NCBI GenBank assembly: GCA_003208875.1
Contig: QCUR01000001.1
Location: 32,001 to 96,000 of the forward strand
Length of the DNA stretch: 64,000 nucleotides
DNA from: Prochlorococcus sp. AG-679-M23
Lineage (GTDB): Bacteria; Cyanobacteriota; Cyanobacteriia; PCC-6307; Cyanobiaceae
Reading direction: 5' to 3'
The position numbers were made by a program, and so were the translations under genes. Below are positions 1 through 7,087 of the stretch, piece by piece. Below the pieces are notes generated by a model. It worked only from the letters and a program-made list of their open reading frames with translations, was not told where the DNA came from and did no database searches. Each line of letters starts with the position of its first letter. Positions within the stretch are counted from its first letter, which is position 1.

Positions 1-848
1 TTGTCCTTAGGAATAAGATTTTTCATTATTTGCCATTTATCTAATATGAAGGATCTAGTAAACTTTGCATCTTTCTCTGCGTTCCCAAGATATGGAATAA
101 AACCAAATTCTTTATTAAATGATTTGATAGATTTTTCTATACTTTTCACATGATCGTATTTACGTTCAATGTAAATAAATTTTGAGTTGGGAAATAACTC
201 AAGTAATAAGTCAACTCTCGTTGTAAATGCTGGAGCTTTATTGATAAAAACTTTTCCAGGTAAACCATCATGAATCCATGCCCATTCAAGAAGTAATTTT
301 AATTTTTTTTTGAAATCTAATGTAGCTTTCCATTTGTACCATCTTTCTAAATCCTTAGATAATGACTTTCCAAGACCAATTGATGTTGGAGGATGTTCGC
401 AACTCAATCTCATTAATGCAATATCTAACTCTTGAGGTCCCTCTGCTAATAATGGGACCCAATCAAAAAATCTATTTTTATAAGATGGTATAAATTTGCG
501 AAAAAGTTCTTTAAATATTAAGGCTGCCTGAGGGCAACATGAAAACGTATTTTTTATTGTAGCTGCTTTAGTAGCTTTAACTATTTCTGTGTGGAGGTAT
601 GTTGTTCCACTTCTCCATGCACCTATAATAAAAATTGGATCAGGCATATTCTTTGGCTTCTTGTAAAGAATTTTTTGCAACCAATAAAGAGGTTCAGCCA
701 ACCAACCGAGTACAATATTCTGGAATAAATAAAAAGAAATAATAGGAAATCTATTAGCTTTTTTTAACAACTCAAACTGAACAGAAGGTCTTAAGCATCC
801 AATAATAATTAAGCGTGGATTGAAAAACAATAATCTATTTATATTCAA
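1..848 (-). CDS. Sulfotransferase family protein (3' part runs off the window start)
   Basis: Manually translated open frame, absent from the ORF track, containing PDPIFIIGAWRSGTTYLH (5'-PSB PAPS-binding loop) and FINKAP...LLELFPNSKFIYIER; probable TTG start at 848. Confidence 0.8.
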   Translation of the reverse strand, partial: MNINRLLFFNPRLIIIGCLRPSVQFELLKKANRFPIISFYLFQNIVLGWLAEPLYWLQKILYKKPKNMPDPIFIIGAWRSGTTYLHTEIVKATKAATIKNTFSCCPQAALIFKELFRKFIPSYKNRFFDWVPLLAEGPQELDIALMRLSCEHPPTSIGLGKSLSKDLERWYKWKATLDFKKKLKLLLEWAWIHDGLPGKVFINKAPAFTTRVDLLLELFPNSKFIYIERKYDHVKSIEKSIKSFNKEFGFIPYLGNAEKDAKFTRSFILDKWQIMKNLIPKD

Positions 849-980
849 AATAAAGATTATCTATGGAACTTTCGATAAGTCAATCAGTACTTATTTCTTT
901 TGTAAGATACTCAAACTAATCTTTACATCTCTATGAAAGTAAAGTAATAAATATTTTTTCTTAAGGTTCGTTGCCTACTA

Positions 981-1200
981 GGTTTCACGTGGGTTTCACG
1001 TGGCGGAATACGTGTTATAATATGTTCAGACCCATTGATATAACTGTCTTTTTTATTAACCTTTTTGGAGGGACTATTGAGTGGGAGTAACTAAAGAGGT
1101 ATAAACCTTGTCATAGTCTAAAAAACTCGGTTAAACGTGAGAATCTCTTATCCTATTTGCAATGGATCTCAACAACGAGGTTAAACGTAGGTTACACGTG
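981..1200 (+). repeat. att-like junction A: 11-bp repeats flanking a guaA 3'-end copy
   Basis: GGTTTCACGTG at 981 and 992; CCATTGATATAAC at 1032; core GGAGGGACTATTGAGTGGGAGTAA (GGTIEWE*) 1067-1090; AAACCTTGTCATAG 1103-1116; GGTTAAACGTG 1129, GGTTAAACGTA 1179, GGTTACACGTG 1190. Confidence 0.8.
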
Positions 1201-1263
1201 AGGGTAAAATCTCATCTCTATAGAGAAATCGTAGAGTTTTAAATTTCTCTACACCTTAATAAA

Positions 1264-1581
1264 TTAGTTAATTATTTTTTTAATTTTTTCTAAATTCCAT
1301 TTATCAAATATTAATTTCATTTCTCTTTCGTAGTATCTTACTTTTTTTGAGAAAGGTAGTTGTTGAATAATTATCCCAAAGGGAAATTTAAAAAAAGAAG
1401 AAACATAAACAATATAAAACTCGACAAATGAAGGTTTTGGTGGGAGAGGTAAATTTTTTAAATATGCCCAATCAATGCATGGTTTTAGTTGCTGATCACT
1501 AGCAGCAATATTTTTTCTACATCTCCAGTAAGAGAATAGATAAATGCCAATAAAAATCGGTAAAGGAAGAAGTCGTAACAT
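1264..1581 (-). CDS. Hypothetical protein with hydrophobic N-terminus
   Basis: 105-aa ORF with ATG start; no recognisable motif. Confidence 0.6.
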   Translation of the reverse strand: MLRLLPLPIFIGIYLFSYWRCRKNIAASDQQLKPCIDWAYLKNLPLPPKPSFVEFYIVYVSSFFKFPFGIIIQQLPFSKKVRYYEREMKLIFDKWNLEKIKKIIN

Positions 1582-1741
1582 TAAATATCAAGGATGATTT
1601 TTCTTCTCATTTACTCATATACCTGTTTGATAATAAATGGATAGTTTAGTTTTTATGGAAATTTTGCTTAAATGATTTTTAGAATTTTCAATTATTTTAT
1701 GCGATATCTCTATACAAATCTCCTAGATTTTTAAATCAAAA

Positions 1742-1951
1742 TCATTCAAAAAGTATTTCTTCAGGATTTCTGTATTGAATTAAACCTTCATATTCTGAAT
1801 CAACCTTTTTAAGATATTCTGCTACATGCTTATAACCTTGATCAAAAACAATTTCAATAACCAATTCAGCAAGTTTTTTGCCATTAATTAACAAAAGAGG
1901 ATATTTATCTTCAAGAATTTCAATCCTTTATCTGTTTTGTGAAAAGAAATA
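1742..1951 (-). pseudogene. C-terminal remnant of an Mrr-catalytic (MspJI/AspBHI-like) restriction endonuclease
   Basis: Minus frame reads YFFSQNR*RIEILEDKYPLLLINGKKLAELVIE...YEGLIQYRNPEEILFE*, resembling the EDxYPxxLxxGxxLAE...RPEEIL terminus of that family; in-frame stop at 1928-1930 and no N-terminus. Confidence 0.6.
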
Positions 1952-2000
1952 GTGTGTAAAAATCACACTGAATTGAAATCTTTTTCATTAGATTAAAAGA

Positions 2001-2070
2001 ATCAGAAACTCCTCACACACTAATTTCTGATCACTAAACGCCCCGATTCGAAAGAATTAGGGTGTTTTTT
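2001..2070 (+). ncRNA. Yfr1/Yfr10-like sRNA
   Basis: Conserved undecamer ACTCCTCACAC at 2008-2018 in hairpin ATCAGAAA/TTTCTGAT; -10-like TAGATT at 1989-1994; intrinsic terminator with T-run at 2037-2070. Confidence 0.8.
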
Positions 2071-2170
2071 AATGCAATTAAGTCTTTTAGGTCGTAACTG
2101 GTATATGTGACAATTAAGTATTATTACTCACCCCTTCCACGAAAAAGAAAGATATGTAATGAATATTTTT

Positions 2171-2267
2171 GTGTGTAGGAGAGGTTTTGCTGAAACAGTG
2201 GAAACAAGGAAACACTTGATTTAGTAAAACCAGGAAATGACCTCTATAAATAGGGATCTTTTTTTTT
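2171..2267 (+). ncRNA. yfr2: Yfr2-family (Cyano-1) sRNA
   Basis: 5' GTGTGTAGGAGAG; stem 2183-2194/2220-2231 enclosing two GGAAACA motifs (2200, 2208); terminator hairpin plus T-run. Confidence 0.85.
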
Positions 2268-2307
2268 GCCTAATTTTTTCGAACGAATACTTAAATTTAA
2301 ACAAAAT

Positions 2308-2331
2308 AAAGGGGGATTTGTTTGCCCCTTT
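2308..2331. terminator. Possible bidirectional terminator hairpin
   Basis: AAAGGGG...CCCCTTT inverted repeat. Confidence 0.45.
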
Positions 2332-2509
2332 CGATTCTTATGTAATCATTATCTAAAAAGTCGGTGAGTGCTACTTACTCCTGAATTATTTCTACTCCTG
2401 TTGAATGGGAAAATATAGTCGTGACAACCACAAAGCACTTCTATTCGAGTAAAAATACTCTATGAATTTTTAGTTAATAGGTAGAAAATAAAGATATATA
2501 GGAGGTTTT

Positions 2510-2692
2510 ATGAAACTATTTAATCAATTTAATATCCTTCCAAAATATTTAACGGCATTTAACTATGCAGGTTTAAATCTGAATGAAACTCCAAACGAAC
2601 TTGAGCAATGTCCTATAGAGTTTCAAACTTACTGGGATAAAGAATGTAGGGATAATCCAACTAATCAGAATTGTTTAATTTATTGCGACTGA
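2510..2692 (+). CDS. Small protein with CP12-like C-terminal cysteine pair
   Basis: Strong AGGAGG RBS; ends WDKECRDNPTNQNCLIYCD (C-x8-C-x-IY-x-D as in the CP12 C-terminus). Confidence 0.7.
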   Translation: MKLFNQFNILPKYLTAFNYAGLNLNETPNELEQCPIEFQTYWDKECRDNPTNQNCLIYCD

Positions 2693-2736
2693 GTTATTAA
2701 TTTTTATTATTTATCTAATAAATTTTTTTAAAAAGT

Positions 2737-2894
2737 GGTTTCACACGGGTTTCTCACGAGATAATATTTAAAATTATCCCTTGAGATACACTGCTATGAC
2801 TGTATTTTTAATTTTAATTATTGGCGGTAACATAGAGTGGGAATGAAAATAAGCTATAGACCTAGTTATAGTTAAAAAAAATAGGTTTCAAGTA
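2737..2894 (+). repeat. att-like junction B
   Basis: GGTTTCACACG 2737, GGTTTCTCACG 2748; CACTGCTATGAC 2789; core GGCGGTAACATAGAGTGGGAATGA (GGNIEWE*) 2823-2846; AGACCTAGTTATAG 2858-2871; GGTTTCAAGTA 2884. Confidence 0.75.
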
Positions 2895-3003
2895 GGTTTC
2901 AAGTAGGTTTCACTTAGAAAAATTTGTGTTATAATTAACTCAAAACCATTGCTATAACTAATTTTTTATTCACTTTTTTGGAGTGACTATTGAGTAGGAA
3001 TAA
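2895..3003 (+). repeat. att-like junction C (terminal, decayed guaA-end copy)
   Basis: GGTTTCAAGTA 2895, GGTTTCACTTA 2906; CCATTGCTATAAC 2946; core GGAGTGACTATTGAGTAGGAATAA (GVTIE*E*) 2980-3003; no repeats on its right side. Confidence 0.75.
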
Positions 3004-3047
3004 AAAATACTTTAATTTTTTATCTTTAACTTTTTTACAAAATTATT

Positions 3048-3761
3048 ATGGATGAAACCATTAAATTAAGTAGGTCTACTGTTGAAAAATATCTTAATTG
3101 CCCTAGATGTTGCGTTCTTGATAAAAAACATAAAATAAAACCTCCATCATTACCATTCACCTTAAATATTGCTGTAGATAATTTATGTAAAAATGAGTTT
3201 GATTATTATCGTGAAAGACAGGAATCTCATCCTTTATTTATTGAGCATAATATTGATGCTGTACCTTTTAAACATAAAGATATAGATATTTGGAGAAGTA
3301 ATTTTAAAGGAATAAGATATAAATCTACTGAACATAATTATGATTTTGGTGGTGCGGTCGATGATGTCTGGGAAAAAAAGAATGGAGAGTTAATTATTGT
3401 TGATGTAAAAGCAACATCTAGAAATAATTTTGATTGGTTTGAAACTTTCAATAAATATGATTATGCAAAAGCATATAAAAGACAATTAGAAATGTATCAG
3501 TGGTTATTTAGAAAAAATGGTTTCAAAGTTGCAGATGAAGCCTATCTTCTTTATTTTAACGGAAAAAAGAATGAGAAATTTTTTAATAATCAGTTAAAAT
3601 TCGATGTGCATTTTATTAAGTTAAAGTGTTCTGCGACATGGGTAGAAGGCAAAGTTATTGAAACAGTAAAACTGCTCAGATCTAATATGTTCCCTTCACC
3701 ATCTTTTAAATGTGAATATTGTAATTATTTAAAAAAGCGTTGGCAGTTGTCACAAAATTAA
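3048..3761 (+). CDS. PD-(D/E)XK nuclease, RecB/Cas4-like
   Basis: GAVDD...IIVDVK...QLEMY nuclease motifs; N-terminal CPRC and C-terminal CEYC. Confidence 0.85.
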   Translation: MDETIKLSRSTVEKYLNCPRCCVLDKKHKIKPPSLPFTLNIAVDNLCKNEFDYYRERQESHPLFIEHNIDAVPFKHKDIDIWRSNFKGIRYKSTEHNYDFGGAVDDVWEKKNGELIIVDVKATSRNNFDWFETFNKYDYAKAYKRQLEMYQWLFRKNGFKVADEAYLLYFNGKKNEKFFNNQLKFDVHFIKLKCSATWVEGKVIETVKLLRSNMFPSPSFKCEYCNYLKKRWQLSQN

Positions 3762-3850
3762 TTAATCACATTGAAAAATAATATTATTGGATAATTCTGG
3801 AAAAATTTTTAAATAAAGATAATCTTTAAGTAGACAATAAATTTTAGATT

Positions 3851-4459
3851 TTGGTTAAACCGAAAAGTCCTGATAATAAAATTAGCAATCATTTACAACA
3901 AGATGTTGTAAAAATTGCAGGCAAAACAATCTTTATTAATCCATTTTTGTATTGGAGAAGGTTTGATGAAAATACCAATAGATGGTTAAGAGAACCAGGA
4001 CAGATGTCAGAAGAGCAAATCCAGTCAAACAGAAATCGGTTTTATCCTGAAATTGACTGGGCTGATTTAAGTCAAGATCAAAAGCTCGTAAAAGATGCAA
4101 GTATAGAAATGTTTCTGAAGACTTTGGAGCTTATAAGCACATTTCATCCTCAGCTTAACTCTGGACAACTATTAGAAGTTGAGAGGAAAATGGCAATTAC
4201 AAAAAAGCTACCTTTTGAAAGGTGGGTAACAAAGTCTTTTGCTAAAAAAGCTAGAGCTGAAGAAAATGAGAAAAGGAAATTTCAAAGAGATAGATTTATC
4301 AGAAGTTGGAAGGAATGGCTAAGCCTTGAAAATACTCAACAAGCTCTACTACCTATAATTATCATTGTATTTGTCTCAGCATTTATTGGTTGGTCTTCAG
4401 GTGTTTCAAAAAACAGTTGTAATCCTTACTTTGAACAAAATTTAGATCAGTCAATATAA
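3851..4459 (+). CDS. Conserved hypothetical protein with C-terminal TM helix
   Basis: 202-aa ORF; hydrophobic segment LLPIIIIVFVSAFIGW. Confidence 0.75.
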   Translation: MVKPKSPDNKISNHLQQDVVKIAGKTIFINPFLYWRRFDENTNRWLREPGQMSEEQIQSNRNRFYPEIDWADLSQDQKLVKDASIEMFLKTLELISTFHPQLNSGQLLEVERKMAITKKLPFERWVTKSFAKKARAEENEKRKFQRDRFIRSWKEWLSLENTQQALLPIIIIVFVSAFIGWSSGVSKNSCNPYFEQNLDQSI

Positions 4460-4564
4460 ACCTTTTATTAAAATAGAATAGAATATTATTTTGATGATTT
4501 GTGCTTTATTATTTGGGGTAATATAAAAGAAGTTTAGTTTTTAAGTTAACTTATTATTTGATTT

Positions 4565-4717
4565 ATGGATAACAAAGAGCAAGAAAAAGATATATCAAGT
4601 TTAGAATTTGATAAAGGTACGACTCGCAATGATTATAAATTTTTAGTGCAAAAATTAAAAAATATAAAGGAGATTATTACTTTGTTAGAAAACAAGTTTT
4701 TGCAGAAAGAGATGTAA
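4565..4717 (+). CDS. Small hypothetical protein (50 aa)
   Basis: ATG..TAA open frame MDNKEQEKDISSLEFDKG...; ends 4 nt before mrdA. Confidence 0.55.
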   Translation: MDNKEQEKDISSLEFDKGTTRNDYKFLVQKLKNIKEIITLLENKFLQKEM

Positions 4718-4721
4718 ATTT

Positions 4722-6512
4722 TTGAAAAATAGTAACTTCAATAATAAGTTCCCCTCTTTGATTAGGCAGCCTTTGGTTTTCTATTTAATTACTACTTTTA
4801 CTTTTTTATTAATATTAATTAGATTAATTTTTCTTCAATTATTAAATCATGAGACTTATAAAAAAATGTCTGATGAAAATAGAATTAGGCTAATTTCTAC
4901 TCAACCAATTAGAGGCAGGATACTAGATAAGAATGGATTAATATTGGCAGATAGCCGTTTTAAGTACTCTTTAATAATTAAACCTCAATACGTCAGCAAA
5001 GAAGCATGGCAGCAATATAAATCGAAGATTTCGAAATTATTCAATATTTCATCTGATTCACTTCAAAAGAAATATTCTGATGGTTTAAAAAATAAAAATT
5101 TTTCAATAACTCTATTAGATGATTTAAAAGTTGATCAAGTTATCAAATTTAAAGAAAATGAAAATATCTTAAATGGCTTAGAGATTTCAACAAAAATGAT
5201 TAGAAATTATCCTTATAAAACAGTTGCTTCTCATGTGATTGGTTATACCCAACCCATTACAGATTCTGAATTTAATATTTTGTCAAAAAAGGGTTATAAA
5301 TTAAATGATTTAATAGGAAGAACTGGAATTGAGTTTGTTTATGAAGATCATATAAGAGGAGAATGGGGAGGAGAAATGATTGAAGTGAACTCTTCCGGCA
5401 CTTTTACAAAATCTTTAGGTATTAAACCATCAAAACAAGGGAAAGACGTTGAATTGACAATTGATTTGAATTTACAATTAATCGCCGAAGAAGTACTTAA
5501 AGATAAAAATGGAGGAGCAATAATAGTTATGGATCCAAGAGATGGTGCTATAAGAGCAATGGCTAGTAAACCAACTTTTGACTTGAATTTTTTTTCAAAA
5601 GAATTTAAACCAGAAAAAGAATATAATGCTCTATTTAATTCTCCTGCTAAACCATTATTTAATAGAGCTTTAAATGCATATGATCCAGGAAGTGTTTGGA
5701 AAATTGTAACTGCCATAGCTGGTTTAGAAAGTGGAAGGTTTCCTCCTGAAACTTTTTTAGAAACTAAACCTTGTATTACATATGGAAGTCAATGTTTTAG
5801 AGAACATAATGACTTAGGGTTCGGAACAATAGGTTATGAAGATGCATTGCGAGTTTCAAGTAATACTTTTTTTTATCAAATTGGCTATGGCGTAGGTGTA
5901 GATGAAATTTACAATGTTTCTAAAAAGCTTGGCTTTGCCGCACTATCTGGAATCGAAATTTCCGAACAAGAAAATGAAGGTTTAGTGGCAAGTAGTCAAT
6001 GGGCTAAAAAAGGGAGAGGCTGGGGGGAACCAGGAAGAACGCCTTGGGTTCCAGAGGATATCGCTAGTATGTCTATCGGTCAATTTGTTGTCCAAGTTAC
6101 CCCTATTCAAATAGCTCGTGCATATGCCGCAATCGCGAATGGTGGCTATTTAGTCACTCCTCATTTATCTAAAAAAGAAGATCAAATATTAATAAATCAA
6201 AAGCGTATAAAAATTGATATTGATCCAAATAATCTTCAGTTAGTGAAAAACGGATTAAGAAAAGTAGTTGAATCTGGAACAGGAGTCTCTATTAATTATG
6301 GTGTATCTAATCTTCCTCCAATTTCAGGCAAAACTGGTACTGCTGAAGATGGAGAAGGAGGTTCAGATCATGCATGGTTTGTTTGCTTTACTCCTTCTGA
6401 TAAAAGTGAGTTGTTAATAGTTGCTTTTGCACAAAATACGCCTGGAGGAGGATCTGTTCATGCACTACCTATGGCTAGAGAAATTTTAAAAGTTTGGAAT
6501 GAAAATAAATAA
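4722..6512 (+). CDS. mrdA: Penicillin-binding protein 2
   Basis: N-terminal TM, RGRILDKNG, SVWK (SxxK), SSN (SxN), KTG motifs. Confidence 0.92.
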   Translation: MKNSNFNNKFPSLIRQPLVFYLITTFTFLLILIRLIFLQLLNHETYKKMSDENRIRLISTQPIRGRILDKNGLILADSRFKYSLIIKPQYVSKEAWQQYKSKISKLFNISSDSLQKKYSDGLKNKNFSITLLDDLKVDQVIKFKENENILNGLEISTKMIRNYPYKTVASHVIGYTQPITDSEFNILSKKGYKLNDLIGRTGIEFVYEDHIRGEWGGEMIEVNSSGTFTKSLGIKPSKQGKDVELTIDLNLQLIAEEVLKDKNGGAIIVMDPRDGAIRAMASKPTFDLNFFSKEFKPEKEYNALFNSPAKPLFNRALNAYDPGSVWKIVTAIAGLESGRFPPETFLETKPCITYGSQCFREHNDLGFGTIGYEDALRVSSNTFFYQIGYGVGVDEIYNVSKKLGFAALSGIEISEQENEGLVASSQWAKKGRGWGEPGRTPWVPEDIASMSIGQFVVQVTPIQIARAYAAIANGGYLVTPHLSKKEDQILINQKRIKIDIDPNNLQLVKNGLRKVVESGTGVSINYGVSNLPPISGKTGTAEDGEGGSDHAWFVCFTPSDKSELLIVAFAQNTPGGGSVHALPMAREILKVWNENK

Positions 6513-6544
6513 AATTAATTCGCCTAAATTTTTATAAAAATAAT

Positions 6545-7069
6545 TTATATTTTCAATTTTTTCATTTGTGAAAGTCGTTGAATTATATCTTCTATTGTTT
6601 TTATATCCACTGGTTTACTAAATGAAGATAACATTTGTCTACCCAAGACTTGACTTCCTAAATGTACTAATTGAATTCGTAATGAGGTTAATAACTCTAA
6701 TCCAACTCCACCAGAAAAAGTTGCAATTGCAATTGGCTGACCATTAAATAAATTTCTAAAATCATCTCCTGATACGGATAGCCATGCTATAAGATTAGAA
6801 AGAATTGGAGGTATCGAACCGTTATATTCAGGAGCACATATAATCCATTTTTCTGTAGCAAAAAGCTTTTCTTTTATTTCAATTATTTCGACAGGAATAT
6901 TTTCTTTTGTATGAATTCGTGGATTGAATAAAGGTATATCAAAAGTAGTTAGATCCAAAATTTCAGAATTGAATTTTAGTTCATTACTTTTTTTTTGAAA
7001 TTTTTTTGCAAGTTCTAGATTTTTTCCACAACTTGCTGAAATGATTATTAGATTTTTTGAATCAGGCAT
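6545..7069 (-). CDS. NADPH-dependent FMN reductase
   Basis: PEYNGSIPPILSN flavodoxin-like motif; downstream of the flavodiiron pair. Confidence 0.88.
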   Translation of the reverse strand: MPDSKNLIIISASCGKNLELAKKFQKKSNELKFNSEILDLTTFDIPLFNPRIHTKENIPVEIIEIKEKLFATEKWIICAPEYNGSIPPILSNLIAWLSVSGDDFRNLFNGQPIAIATFSGGVGLELLTSLRIQLVHLGSQVLGRQMLSSFSKPVDIKTIEDIIQRLSQMKKLKI

Positions 7070-7087
7070 AAATAAAAATAATTTGGT

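Larger units (their letters stand above)
1091..2846. mobile_element. Putative integrase-less cassette (~1.75 kb) between guaA-end copies A and B
   Basis: Bounded by two IEWE*-coding cores with inward-lying 11-bp repeats; carries unrelated accessory cargo. Confidence 0.65.

Noticed and set aside
2393..2413. GTTGAATGGGAA (VEWE) as a fourth guaA-end copy
   Set aside because: No stop codon after it and none of the flanking 11-mers or boxes at the conserved spacing
981..3003. CRISPR array interpretation of the repeats next to a Cas4-like gene
   Set aside because: Repeats are 11-24 bp, degenerate and irregularly spaced, with no uniform spacers and no cas1/cas2; an att-site explanation fits better
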